Shown here: in pieces, positions 1 to 13,509 of the stretch | Numbering within the stretch: position 1 is the first letter of the stretch | Layout of the letters: each line of letters opens with the position of its first letter | Assembly: GCA_028826165.1 (NCBI GenBank) | Contig: JAPDFW010000075.1 | Coordinates: 355,632-419,631, forward strand | Origin: Anaeramoeba ignava BMAN | Taxonomy: Eukaryota > Protista > Anaeramoebae | Reading direction: 5' to 3' | DNA length: 64,000 nt | The notes under the pieces: generated by a model | Databases searched by the model: none | Seen by the model: the letters and a program-made list of their open reading frames with translations, nothing else | What the model was told of the DNA's origin: nothing | Made by a program: the position numbers and the translations under genes

Positions 1-1060
1 ACAAAGATACAACGTTCCACCTAAAAAACCAGACGAAGATGAAAAAGAACATGCAGATAAAAAAAACAAAATCCAACTAAAAGTAACAATAGTATTATCC
101 AAATGGTGGAAAAAATGCCCAGCAGATTTTGACACAAAATTACTTTCTGATTACGAATCATTCATCAAAAACTCAGTTCTATTTGATCTTCCAATTTCAG
201 GAAGAAGAATGTTAGAAGAATTAAAAGAACACAAAGAATTCAAGACTGAAAAGAATATCAAAGCAGATCCACCTGAACCGAAAATTCCAAAAAATGTTTT
301 CTCAGATTCTTTAACACTTGATGAAGTTGAAGAAGATGAATTTGCACGTCAATTCACAATTGTCAACTCAGAAATTTACCAGAAAATCCAACCTTCAGAA
401 CTAATTACACAAGCCTGGAGCAAAGCGCAATATCGACATCGAGCGCCAAATGTATTGAGGATGATCGACTTATTCAACCAGTTTGTCGGTTATATTTCAA
501 CCAAAATTGTGGAACCCGAATCCATTCGTGAAAGAGCAAGAATGATCATCAGGTTCATTAAAATCGGTGACTTTTTTGACAAGCTTCACAACTTTAATTG
601 TTTGATGTCTATTGTTGCTGGTGTAAATAGCTCTTCCGTTAACAGATTAAAACACACTAAGGCAGAGGTTCCTCGTAGTTACTGGAAAATGTTCGAGGAC
701 TTCCAAAAGAAACTCTCAAGCGAACAAGGCTATAAAAACTACCGCACATTTTTGAACCACACAGATTTGCCTTGCATCCCTTATTTGGGTGTATATTTGA
801 CTGACTTGACTTTCATTTCTGATGGTTCGCCAAACAGACTTGAAGGAAATCTTATTAATTTTGCTAAGAGAAAATTGCTTTCAAATAAGATTTTGGAAGT
901 TCAAGTTTTCCAAAGAATGAGTTATAATTTGGTCCCAATTCATCAAATCCAAAAATTAATGACTGATAAACTTCCTGCTGCTGAAAGTGAAAAAGCTCTT
1001 TATAAGATTTCTTTAGTAAGAGAACCAAGAAATGCTGCTCGTTCTCAATTGGTTTATTAA
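1..1060 (+). CDS. RasGEF (CDC25-type) protein, 3' part; 5' end lies outside the window
   Basis: CDC25 motifs ARQFTIVNSEIYQKIQPSEL, LHNFNCLMSIVAGVNSS, PCIPYLGVYLTDLTFISDG, LINFAKR. The frame is open from the window edge. Confidence 0.9.
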   Translation, partial: QRYNVPPKKPDEDEKEHADKKNKIQLKVTIVLSKWWKKCPADFDTKLLSDYESFIKNSVLFDLPISGRRMLEELKEHKEFKTEKNIKADPPEPKIPKNVFSDSLTLDEVEEDEFARQFTIVNSEIYQKIQPSELITQAWSKAQYRHRAPNVLRMIDLFNQFVGYISTKIVEPESIRERARMIIRFIKIGDFFDKLHNFNCLMSIVAGVNSSSVNRLKHTKAEVPRSYWKMFEDFQKKLSSEQGYKNYRTFLNHTDLPCIPYLGVYLTDLTFISDGSPNRLEGNLINFAKRKLLSNKILEVQVFQRMSYNLVPIHQIQKLMTDKLPAAESEKALYKISLVREPRNAARSQLVY

Positions 1061-1249
1061 CAAAAAAAAAATGAGAACTTTTTTTTGTTCCACTTTTTTT
1101 CTTTTTTCTTTTTTCTTTTCTTTTTTGATAAAATTTATCAAAAAAAAAATAAGAAGAATTTAAAAATTTTTTTTCAAATTTTTAATTTTTTTCTTTTTCT
1201 TTTTGATAAAATTTATCAAAAATAAAAAAATTTAAAAATTTTAAATAAA

Positions 1250-3950
1250 AATTCAAATCATAATAATTTTTAATTTTCAATTTAACAAAAACAACTAAAT
1301 TAAAATTGAAATTAATTAAATTAAAAATTGAAAAATAAATAAAAATAATTAAATCAAATTAATTAAAATTATAATAATTAAAAATAATCAATTTAAAAAC
1401 ATTTTAAAAATAATTTAAAAAACAATCTAAATTAAAATTAAATTAATTAAATTAAAAAAATTGAAAAAGTTAATGATAAAAATAAAAAAAAAAAATTAAA
1501 ATAATCAATTTAAAAATAATTTAAAAATAATCCAAATTAAAATTAAATTAATTAAATTAAAAAAATTGAAAAAGTTAATGATAAAAAATAATTTAAATAA
1601 AATTATAATAATTTAAAAATTAATAAAAATTAAAATAATCAATTTAAAAATAATTTAAAAAATAATTTAAAAAACAATCTAAATTAAAATTAAATTAATT
1701 AAATTAAAAAAATTGAAAAAGTTAAAGATAAAAAAAGAAATAAATTTAATTAAAATTATAATAATTTAAAAATTAATAAAAATTGAAATATTCAATTTAA
1801 AACATTTTAAAAATAATTTAAAAAATAATCTAAATTAAAATTGAAATTAATTAAATTAAAAAAATTGAAAAAGTTAAAAATAAAAATAATTAAAAATTAA
1901 AAGTTAAAAATTATAATAATTTAAAAATTAATAAAAATTAAAATATTCAATTTGAAAATAATTTAAAAATAATTTAAAAACAATCCAAATTAAAATTAAA
2001 TCAATTAAATTAAAAAATTGAAAAAGTTAAAAAATAATTAAATTTAATTAAATTTAAATAAAATTATAATAATTTAAAAATTAATAAAAATTAAAATATT
2101 CAATTTGAAAATAATTTAAAAAATAATTTAAAAAACAATCTAAATTAAAATTAAATTAATTAAATTAAAAAAATTGAAAAATATAAAGATAAAAAAATAA
2201 TTAAATTTGAATAAATTTAATCAAAATTATAATAATTTAAAAATTAATAAAAATTAAAATAATTAATTTAAAAATAATTTAAAAAATAATTTAAAAAATA
2301 ATTTAAATTAAAATTAAATTAATTAAATTAAAAAAATTGAAAAAGTTAAAAAAATAATTAAATTTAATTAAATTTAAATAAATATAATTTAAAAATTAAT
2401 AAAAATTAAAATATTCAATTTAAAAATAATTTAAAAATAATTTAAAAACAATCCAAATTAAAATTAAAAATTAATTAAAAATAATTAAAAATAAAAAAAT
2501 AAAAATTTTCAAAAATAATTTAAAATTAATAAAAATTAAAATAATCAATTTAAAAATAATTTAAAAAATAATTTAAAAATAAATTAAATTAAAATTAAAT
2601 TAATTAAATTAAAAATTGAAAAGTTAAAGATAAAAAGAAATAAATTTAATTAAAATTATAATAATTTAAAAATTAATAAAAATCAAAATATTCAATTTGA
2701 AAATGATTTAAAAAACAATTTAAAAATAATTTAAATTAAAATTAAATTAATTAAATTAAAAAAATTGAAAAATTAAAATAAAAAGTAAATTGTTAAAAAA
2801 ATAATTTAAAAATTAATAATTTAAAAAAATTTAAAAACAATCTAAATTAAAATTAAATTAATTAAATTAAAAAATTGAAAAAGTTAAAGATAAAAATAAA
2901 TAAATTTAATTAAAATTATAATAATTTAAAAATAAATAAAAATTAAAATAATCAATTTAAAAATAATTTAAAAAATAATTTAAAAACAATCCAAATTAAA
3001 ATTAAATTAATTAAATTAAAAAAATTGAAAAAGTTAATTATGAAATTTTAATAATTTAAAATCACAATTTTTTTAAAAACTTTTAAATTAAAAATAATTT
3101 TTAATTTTTATTTTGAAATTTTTAATTATAAAAAGAAATAAATTTAATTAAAATTATAATAATTAAAATAATCAATTTAAAAATAATTTAAAAATAATTT
3201 AAAAACAATCTAAATTAAAATTAAATTAATTAAATTAAAAAATTGAAAAAGTTAAAGATAAAAATAAATAAATTTAATTAAAATTATAATAATTTAAAAA
3301 TTTTATTTTAAAAATAATTTAAAAAATAATTTAAAAAACAATCCAAATTAAAATTAAATTAATTAAATTAAAAAAATTGAAAAAGTTAAATTTAATTAAA
3401 AATTAAAAAGTGAAAATTTAAAAAATCAATTTGAAAATATTTTAAAAATAATTTAAAAACAATCTAAATTAAAATTAAATTAATTAAATTAAAAAATTGA
3501 AAAAGTTAAAGATAAAAAGAAATAAATTTAATTAAAATTATAATAATTTAAAAATTAATAAAAATTAAAATCAATTTGAAAAAAAAAAAATTCAAAAACA
3601 AAAATTAAAAAAATAATTAAATTAAAAATTGAAAAAAATAAATAAATTTAATTAAAATGAAAAATTTAAAAATAAAAAAAATCAAAATTTAAAAAACAAT
3701 CAAAATTAAATTGAAATTAATTAAATTAAAAATTGAAAAAGTTAAAGAACTTTCAAAATAATAAAAAATCAATTTGAATCAAAAAAATAAAATTGAAAAA
3801 TAAAAATAATTTAAAAAAAAAATCTAAATTAAAATTAAATTAAAAATTAAAAATTGAAAAAGTTAAAATAAAAAGAAATAAAAATTAAAATTATAAAATT
3901 TAAAAATTAAAAATTAAAAATCAAAAAAAAATGATTTAAAAATAATTTAA
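1250..3950. repeat. Degenerate AT-rich minisatellite, unit about 110-160 bp
   Basis: Recurring block aaacaatc(t/c)aaattaaaattaaattaattaaattaaaaaaattgaaaaagttaa at about 1422, 1530, 1674, 1827, 1979, 2135 and onward. Confidence 0.85.
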
Positions 3951-3955
3951 AAAAA

Positions 3956-5196
3956 TCCAAAAAAATTGAAAAAGAAAATGAAAATGAAATTGAAATTGAA
4001 AATGAAATTGAAAAAGAAACAAATTTTAAACAATCTCAATCTTCAATTAATTTAAAAAAGAATAATAATTCAAAAAGTCAAAAATCAAGAAGAAAAAGAA
4101 AAAAAGAAGATATTCCTGATAAAATTATAGTTAAAAATAAAGTTGGAAATAAAATTGATTTAATTGGAAAAATGTCAAAAGATGAATATGAACTTCTTAG
4201 TGAAGATCAAAAACAATTACGTAAAAAAGTAAAAAATAGAATAAATGCACAAATTAGTCGAGATCGAGCTAAACAAAAAGTTGAAACTTTAGAAAGTCAA
4301 ATGGAAAAATTAAAAAAAAAAAACAAATTACTTTCAGTTAAACTTGAGAAAACAAATGAAGAGAATCAAGAACTTAGAGTAAATATTTAATTTTAATATT
4401 AATTTTATAAATGAATTTTAATTTTAATTTTAATTTTAATTTTAATTTTAATTTTAATTTTAATTTTAATTAAATTTTAATTTTATAAATGAATTTTAAT
4501 TTTAATTTTAATTTTAATATGAATTTTAATTTAAATTTTAATTTTATAATTTAATTTTAATTTAATCAGGAAAGAGTTAAAAGACTTGAACAAGAAAATA
4601 CCAAAAAAGAACAAATTCAATTTACAGCTCAAAATAATTTCGTTTCAACAACAAAATCATTAGTTCAAAATTGGATTAATATTCCATCAAAAAATCAAAA
4701 ATTATTTCAAAAATCAAATGTTGGTTTAACAATGATGATTGTTTTATTTGTTTTTGGCTTGTTTTTCAATTTTAGTAGATTTAATACTCAATCTTATGAT
4801 TTTTCTTTAAATTCAAATTCAATTCCAAATTCAATTTCAAATTCAAATTCAAATTCAATCTCAAATCAAAATCAATTTGATTCACAATTTAATCAAAGAA
4901 AATTGAATCAAATTCAACAACCTTTAATGGATTATTTTGAACAAACTAATTTTAATGCTTTAAGTTTTATTAATCATTTTTCAAATAATTCTTTAATTAA
5001 CGAAAATTTGAATCAAACTCAAAATCAAAATGAAAATCAAAATGAAAATTTGAATCAAAATCAAACTTTGGGAAAAAATTCAAACTTTCAATTTATCCAA
5101 AAAAATTCCCAACAAGATATTATCCAAAAACCTATTCATTTATTGGTTTTGAGATACTTGATGATTCTTGAATCAAGAAAAAAAAGATATATTTAA
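3956..5196 (+). CDS. Membrane-anchored bZIP transcription factor (ATF6/CREB3/bZIP28-like); 5' end unresolved
   Basis: Basic region RKKVKNRINAQISRDRAKQKVETLE plus leucine heptads. A phase-0 intron at 4379-4569 joins it in frame to a TM segment GLTMMIVLFVFGLFFNF and an N/Q-rich tail containing RKLN. Confidence 0.75.
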
Positions 5197-5359
5197 AAAA
5201 CAAATTTTTTTGAAAACTTTTTGAATATTTTTTTTTTTAATTCTTCTTTTATTTTTCAAACAAATGTTTGTTTCCTTTTGAAATGAAGTTTTAACTAATC
5301 AATAAATGAAAAAAAAAGGAAATCAAATCATTTTAAAATTATTTTAAAATTATTTAAAA

Positions 5360-6196
5360 TTATTTAAAAAAAACTTCTAAAGTTTCAATTTCCCAAGTTG
5401 ATTTTCCAGTAAAAAATTTTGGAGCTTCTTTTGAATTAATTCCTTTTGGATATTCATAAATTCCATAAATATAACCTGAACTCCAACCTTTTTTTGAAGA
5501 TAAATTCTTAATTCCAACATGTCCCCCACTTCCAAAATAAACGGAATAATTTGGATCTCGATAAATAGAATCACCACTTTTATATTTGAATTTTGAAGGA
5601 GGATAATTTTTTGGATTTTTCAATGTGAAAATGAATGAATGAGAATCTGGATTTGAATATCCGCCTTTTGATCCAAAACCAATTTTAGTAAAACCCCCAA
5701 AAACAAATCCATTTGTTGTTTTAATAATTGCTAATGATTCTTTTTTTCCATCACATTTCTTATGAAATTTTTCATTTGAAAATCCATCATTTTTTGTTGA
5801 AAATCCAAGTTTCATTGAATAAAATAATTCATCGTTGGAAATGAAGTTTTTTAAATAATAGGCATATTCTGGATCATTAAGTATTGTGGATTGACTCAAA
5901 AGTGGAGGATGTAAAAATTCTTGTGAGAATTTTTGTTTTGCTTTTATTTTTTCAATTTGTTTTTCTTTTTCTTGTTTCATTTTGAAGTTTTCTTTTTCTT
6001 TTTCTTGAAGTTGTTGATCTCTTCTTAGAAGTTCTTGATAAAGTGCTTTATTTCTTTTGGAAAGTTTTTCAATTTTTAGATAAAGTGATTGAATTAATTC
6101 ATCTTTTTCTTTTTATTTAAAAATTATTTAAAAATTAGAAATTAAATTAGAAATTAATTAATTATTTATTTATTTACCTTGTAATTTCTTTTCCAT
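5360..6196 (-). CDS. TLDc-domain protein with N-terminal coiled coil
   Basis: Motifs FSTKNDGFSNEKFHKKCDGK, IIKTTNGFVFGGFT, SFIFTLKN, YFGSG, EIETLEVF. ATG at 6196 with one short intron near 6109-6177. Confidence 0.85.
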
Positions 6197-6423
6197 TTTG
6201 TTTTTTTAAAAAAAAATAAAAAAAAATAAAGATAAAAAGTGAATTTAAGAAAAAAAAATTCTTTTCTTTTAAATCCTCTCCAAAAAAAGAAAAAAAGGAA
6301 AAAAAAAAGGAAAAAAAAAAGAGGACTTTTTGATTATTTAAAAAAAAAAAGATAAATCGGAAAAAAAAAAAAAAAAAAAAAAATGTCCGAATTTAATTTT
6401 TAATTAATTTTGAAATTAAAATT

Positions 6424-9400
6424 TTAATTGAAAATATTATCAATATTTTCTTTGATAAAATCACTTAACATTTGGACAGTTGATAATAATAAATCGAATT
6501 TTGCTTGAATTGCAAGTAAATGATCCTTTTCTGATTCTTTTGCAATTTTAATATCTTCTTTGAGATCATTAATTGTAATTGGAATATTTTTGAACAAAGG
6601 CTCAAAAAAAATGAGTTGAATTTCTTCATGAAATTGTTTTTTCCAAAAACCAAAAAAATGGTCATTTTGAAGATCAATTGTGAGAAGAAAACGATAAAAA
6701 TTTGCAACAGACATAATGAAGTCAATCCAGTTTTCAACATCAGGTTTATCTTTCATATTAAGAAGAAAAGAACAAGTTGATAAAAGACGGTTAAAAAGAT
6801 GATCATCAAATGATTTTTGGTTTAAAAAATGTTCTCGTAATATAACTGTTAATGCGAATTGAAGTAAAGAAATTAAAAGAGCAAGTATCATTTGAAATGG
6901 AGTGGAAACAATAAGATCCAAAATGAATGGGATTGCAACTTCCACTTTGAAAAGAGAAAAGAAGTGTTCAAACAATCCTTTCAATGAAGAAAATTCTTCT
7001 TGAGATCGACAACCAAGTAAATTATTAGCAATAAGTTTGAAAATTTCAACAAATTGAGTTTTATTTTCTTCAAAAATTTTTGCATCAAAGCTTTCTCCTT
7101 TTGTTTGTAATAATCCAAAAAATAAAAGTGTCATTCCTTTTGAATAAGATATTTCTGTGACTTCTTTTGGATCTGAAGAAACAATCAAAGGTTTCACGAG
7201 TTTTAATATAGTAAATAGATCGATTTGTTTGATTTTACTTGTGAAAAAATTTTCATATTTGAAATCCTGAATGTAAATTAGATAAAATAAATGGGAAATG
7301 CCAAGAAGAGGCCAAGGTGGGAGTTCTTCAGTTGAATTTGAAATGAGTTGATTTGAAGATTTTGTGTTTTCTTCGTTATTGTTTTTTATGTTTTGGGGTT
7401 GAGATGGATAATATTTTTCTAAATGTGCAAGTGTATCTTCTATATTGATTTTTGTTGATTTAATCAATATCTTTTTTATAAGAATAATAATAAGATAAAT
7501 AATTAATAATTTATATTTGGAAAAGTTTTATAAGAATAATAAGATAAATAATTAATAATTTATATTTGGAAAAAGTTTTATAAGAATAAATAAGATAAAT
7601 AAGAAGATAATTTATATTTGAAAAAGTTTTATAAGAATAAATAATTAATAATTTATATTTGGAAAAAGTTTTATAAGATAAATAAGAAGATAAATAATTA
7701 ATAATTTATATTTGGAAAAAGTTTTATAAGATAAATAAGTAAGGATTTATATTTGGAAAAGGGAAGTATATTTTTGTGTGTGAATTAATGATACCATAAT
7801 TTTAAGAGTGAATCCGATCCAAAAATTTTGATTTAATTGATTTTCTTTTATTTCATGATCATGATTATGATTAGTTATGTTCATGATTATGATTATGATT
7901 ATGTTCATGATTATGTTCATGATTATGATTATGATTGTGATTGTGTTCGTGATCGTGATTGTGATCGTGATTGTGATTGTGATGTTGAATTAATTGAATT
8001 TTTTGAGATAATAAAGGATTTTCTAAAAGTTGAAAAAGATAGAATAAAATGAGATGTTTGAATTCTTGATTTTGTAAATATTTTTCTGTAACAAAAGGTT
8101 CAATAAAAGAAATTAAATGAGGTAAATAAATCAACCAAAATTCTGTTTCTTTGTTCTTTTTTTCTTCAGAATCATCATCACTTTCAAAATCACTTTCAAA
8201 ATCACTATCATTTTCATTTTCATTTTGATTATCATTTTCTTCAATTTTTTCATGTTTAATTTTTTCTTCTAATTTTTTCAGTAATGAATCTGTTGTGAAA
8301 ACAAAAAATAGTATAGTATGAAATGCATTTCTTGCAAAAGAAGCAATAAATTTTTCTGGAAGTGTTAATAAAGTTTTTTGTAAAATTTGAAGGAGAGTAA
8401 TTCTAATTTCTGATTCTTTATGTTTCTTGAGACAATCCATTAAAATAAAGAAGAGTTCCTGAAATTAAATTAAATATTAAATTAATATTAAAATAAATAT
8501 TGATTTAAATATTAATTTCCAAATCCAAATTAAATATTAATTTAAATATTAATTTAAATATTAATTTAAATATTAATTTAAATATTTGATTTAAATATTT
8601 GATTTAAATATTGATTTAAATATTTTATTTAAATATTAATTTAAATATTGATTTAAATATTAATTTAAATATTAATTTAAATATTAATTTAAATATTTGA
8701 TTTAAATATTTGATTTAAATATTGATTTAAATATTTTATTTAAATATTGATTTAAATATTGATTTAAATATTGATTTAAATATTGATTTAAATATTGATT
8801 TAAATATTAAATTTAAATATTGATTTAAATATTAATTTAAATATTAATTTAAATATTAATTTAAATATTAATTTAAATATTAATTTAAATATTAATTTAA
8901 ATATTTAAATATTAATTTAAGTATTTGATTTAAATATTGATTTTAAATATTTGATTTAAATATTGATTTAAATATTGATTTAAATATTTAATTTAAATAA
9001 TTTAAATATTATTTTAAATATTGATTTAAATATTTAATTTAAATATTAATTAAAATATTGATTTAAATATTAATTTTAAATATTGATTTAAATATTTGAT
9101 TTAAATATTAATTTAAATATTAATTTAAATATTGATTTTAAATATTAATTTAAATATTGATTTGAATATTAAATATTGATTTAAATATTGATTTAAATAT
9201 TAAATTAAATATTGATTTAAATATTAAATTAATATTTAAATATTTGATTTAAATATTGATTTAAATATTGATTTAAATATTAATTTAAATATTAATTTAA
9301 ATATTTGATTTAAATATTGATTTAAAATATTAATTTAAATATTGATTTAAATATTGATTTAAATATTAATTTAAATATTGATTTAAATATTGATTTAAAT

Positions 9401-10703
9401 ATTTATTTAAATATTGATTTAAATATTAATTTAAATATTGATTTAATTTAAATATTGATTTAAATATTAATTTAAATATTAATTTAAATATTAATTTAAA
9501 TATTAATTTAAATATTGATTTAAATATTAATTTAAATATTGATTTAAATATTGATTTAAATATTTAATTTAAAATATTTTAAATTGATTTAAATATTAAT
9601 TTAAATATTAATTTAAATATTGATTTAAATATTTGATTTAAATATTTGATTTAAATATTTGATTTAAATATTTGATTTAAATATTAATTTTAAATAAATT
9701 GATTTAAATATTAATCTAAATATTGATTTAAATAATTTAAATATTGATTTAAATATTGATTTAAATATTTGATTTAAATATTAATTTAAATATTTGATTT
9801 AAATATTAATTTAAATATTAATTTAAATATTAATTTAAATATTAATTTAAATATTGATTTAAATATTGATTAAATATTGATTAAATATTAATTTAAATAT
9901 TGATTAAAATATTGATTTAAATATTTGATTAAAATATTAATTTAAAATATTGATTTAAATATTAATTTAAATATTGATTTAAATATTTGATTTAAATATT
10001 GATTTAAAAATTGATTTAAATATTGATTTAAATATTAATTTAAATATTTGATTTAAATATTAATTTAAATATTAATTTAAATATTAATTTAAATATTGAT
10101 TTAAATATTGATTTAAATATTGATTTAAATATTGATTTAAATATTGATTTAAATATTTGATTTAAATATTGATTTAAATATTAATTTAAATATTTGATTT
10201 AAATATTGATTTAAATATTAATTTAAATATTGATTTAAATATTAATTTAAATATTGATTTAAATATTAATTTAAATAATTTAAATATTAATTTAAATATT
10301 AATTTAAATATTTGATTTAAAAATTGATTTAAATTGAAAATTGATTTAAGCACTTTTGCTGGATATTCATTTTGAATAAGAATTAAAAGTTCGTTAACTT
10401 GATTTTTGATTTCTTCATTCTTATTGGTAATTTCAGAAATAATCATTTCAATTGAATTCCATTCTAAACATTTAATCCAATGATCTCCATTATTAATTTT
10501 AAAATCTTTAAGTTCTAATAATTTATTAAAACTTTGAATTGAAGAAGATGTAATTTTTTGATTAAATTCAACAATTTTATTCTGGAATTAAAAAAGAAAA
10601 TATATTTTTAGTTTATTCAAAAATTTTAATTAAAAAATGAATTTGTTTTTTGTAATTTTTTTGTTTTATTTTTTACAGATTCAAGAAGTTCTTTAAAATT
10701 CAT
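6424..10703 (-). CDS. Glomulin/ALF4/Ybp1-like helical protein with an internal His/Asn tract
   Basis: Exons near 10678-10703, 10354-10581, 7794-8458 and 6424-7470. N-terminal LEWNSIEMI...YPAKELFFILMDCL and C-terminal DVENWIDFIMSVANFYRFLLTID...FFGFW resemble the glomulin family (recalled from memory). A 1-nt indel lies near 7872. Confidence 0.6.
7480..7770. repeat. Intronic tandem repeat of about 50 bp, about 6 copies
   Basis: Repeated ataatttatatttggaaaaagttttataag. Confidence 0.85.
8520..10340. repeat. Intronic 12-bp near-palindromic satellite (tttaaatatt[a/g]a)n, about 1.8 kb
   Basis: Seen directly; fills the intron 8459-10353. Confidence 0.95.
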
Positions 10704-10806
10704 TTAATTTTTTTAAATATTTTAAATTAAAAAAAATGAAAAAAAATGAAAATCAAAAAAATAATTTTTTTCCATTTTTTTTTTCATTTTTCTTTTTTTA
10801 AAAAAA

Positions 10807-13446
10807 ATGAATTTAGTTGTTTTTGAAAAACAAAATTGTTTTAATGAAAATCAAGAAACAAAAAAAGCTCTTCATAAATTACTTCATAATTTTTTAGTTT
10901 CAATTCCCAAAACAACATTTTCAGTTATTAAAATAAATCGGTTAAAAAATTTTAATTAAAAAAATTAAATTATAAAAATTTAAATTAAAAATTTCAATTA
11001 AAAATTTAAATTAAAAATTTAATTAGATGGGGAAATTTTAGACCAAGAATTCTTCGTTTAACTGGATTTGGAATGCTAAATATTAGACCAAAAGAACAAA
11101 TTTCAGAAAAACAAAAAAAAATATTAAATAAATTTTGTGACGAATCAGATTTTTTATTAGGAAATATTACAGAATTTTTTCTTTATTCTGAAATTCAAAA
11201 AGTTACTCTTTTAGATCCTAAATTATTTATAATTGAATCCCAAAATAGACATCCTCATCGTTACTTTTGTGATATTGCCTTTTTTTTATCAAAAGAAATT
11301 GCAAGTCGTTGTTCTATTCAGTTTTATTTGTTTGATAGAAAAAATCCTTTTGTTTTTAAAACTATGACAAATTTAAAAGCTATGAATTATGTTACTCAAA
11401 AAAATCAAAATAAAAAAATTATTCAAACTGATTTTATTGATCTTACTCCTGATTCAATGCTTCCCAAACAATCAGAAAATCAAAATCAAAATCAAAATCA
11501 AATTGAAAATGAAAATCAAAATCAAATTCAAAATCAAAATCAAAATCAAAATCAAAATCAAAATCAAATTGAAAATGAAAATCAAATTGAAAATCAAAAT
11601 GAAAATCAAATTGAAAATCAAAATCAAATTGAAAATCAAAATCAAATTGAAAATCAAAATCAAATTGAAAATCAAAATCAAATTGAAAATCAAAATGAAA
11701 ATCAAAATGAAAATCAAAATGAAAATCAAAATCAAATTGAAAATCAAAATCAAAATCAAAATCAAATTGAAAATCAAAATCAAAATCAAAATCAAAATCA
11801 AAATCAAATTGAAAATGAAAATCAAAATCAAAATCAAAATCAAAATCAAAATCAAAATCAAAATCAAAATCAAATTGAAAATCAAATTGAAAATCAAAAT
11901 GAAAATCAAAATGAAAATCAAAATCAAAATCAAAATGAAAATCAAAATGAAAATCAAAATCAAAATCAAAATCAAAATCAAAATCAAAATCAAATTGAAA
12001 ATCAAATTGAAAATCAAAATGAAAATCAAAATGAAAATCAAAATCAAAATGAAAATCAAAATCAAAATCAAAATCAAAATCAAAATCAAAATCAAAATCA
12101 AAATCAAAATCAAAATGAAAATCAAAATCAAAATCAAAATCAAATCAAAATCAAATTGAAAATCAAAATCAAAATCAAAATCAAATTGAAAATCAAAATC
12201 AAAATCAAAATCAAAATCAAAATCAAAATCAAAATCAAAATCAAATCAAAATCAAATTGAAAATCAAATTGAAAATCAAAATCAAATTCAAAATCAAAAT
12301 GAAAATCAAAATCAAAATCAAAATCAAAATCAAAATCAAAATCAAAATCAAAATCAAAATCAAAATGAAAATCAAATTAAAAATCAAATTAAAAATCAAA
12401 ATCAAAATGAAAATCAAATTAAAAATAAAATTCAAAATCAATTAAAAAAAAATCAAATTATCAAAATAAAAAAAGAAAATAACTTTAAATATCCACATTC
12501 AGAAGAACCAGAAGATAATCGTGATAGCCTTGATATAAGTTCACAAAGTATTCAATCAGATGATGAAATTTTATATGCACAAAAATTAGTGATTAATTAT
12601 GAATTTTATACATCAAAACTCGAGAAAGAAAATTATGGAATAATTAGTAAATTTGATTTCTTAATTCCATGCACTTTGAAATTATTATCATTAAAAGGAA
12701 TAGAACTTTCAGAAATTGTTTTGGAAAATAAACTTCTTGATATTATGTCTGAAAATTCAAAAAAGAAAATTGAAAATTTTAAAAGAGATTTAAGAATAAA
12801 TCAACAAAATATCTCAAATTTAAGTGTAAAAATTCGCAAATTTATTCAACAAATTAGATTTGAAACAATAAAAAAATTAAAAGAAAAAGAAAATGAAACA
12901 GATTTAGAAAATATTGAAATAATAAATGCAATTCTTGAAAGATTATTAGAAGAAATGATCATTTCACCAAATTTTGATAAAATTAATGGATTTATCAAAA
13001 AGAAAAATGAATTAGAAGATCAAAAAATTCATGATCAAATCCAAAAATTGAAGAAAAAGAATTTTGATTATTTTGGATTGCCAAATCAATTATCAAAAAT
13101 TGATTGGAGTCTTTCTTCAAGAATTTTACGTACTTTTAATATTTGCAAACTTCCTTATGAATTTTTAAATGTTCTTCTTACAACTGCTGATAGTGTTTTT
13201 CATACAATTAACTCTAATATTTTGAATCATGATATTCAAAGTGAACCTAATAAATTGGTTACTGGTGATGATTTTCTTCCAATTTTTGTTTTTGTTCTTG
13301 TAAATTCTCAAATTGAAAATTTGGTTTCTATTTCAGAATATTTAATTGATTATTCAGATCCAAAAGAAATGAATCATGAATCTGGTTATTATTTAACCAC
13401 TTTTTGCTCTTCAATTCAGTTTATTAAAACTTCTGAAAATTTATAA
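10807..13446 (+). CDS. VPS9-domain Rab5-family GEF with a PH-like N-terminus and an N/Q/E tract of about 320 aa
   Basis: C-terminal VTGDDFLPIFVFVLVNS...ESGYYLTTFCSSIQFI. Intron 10941-11026 yields FSVIKINRWGNFRPRILRLT. Frameshifts fall inside the aaaatc repeat (about 12140-12260). Confidence 0.8.
11475..12440 (+). repeat. Coding (AATCAA/AATGAA)n microsatellite encoding NQ/NE
   Basis: Seen directly; in frame with the upstream ORF. Confidence 0.9.
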
Positions 13447-13509
13447 AATCAAAAAAGAAAACAAAAGAAATTTTTATTAAATTTTCAAAAAAGATTTAAT
13501 AAAGATTTT

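Noticed and set aside
11389-12445. KIKIK and ILILIL ORFs here, and similar ones at 19531, 22264, 23373, 23419, 31636, 31902, 37900, 55813, 56530, 60456 and 62677
   Set aside because: They are alternative-frame or antisense readings of hexamer and 12-mer repeats.
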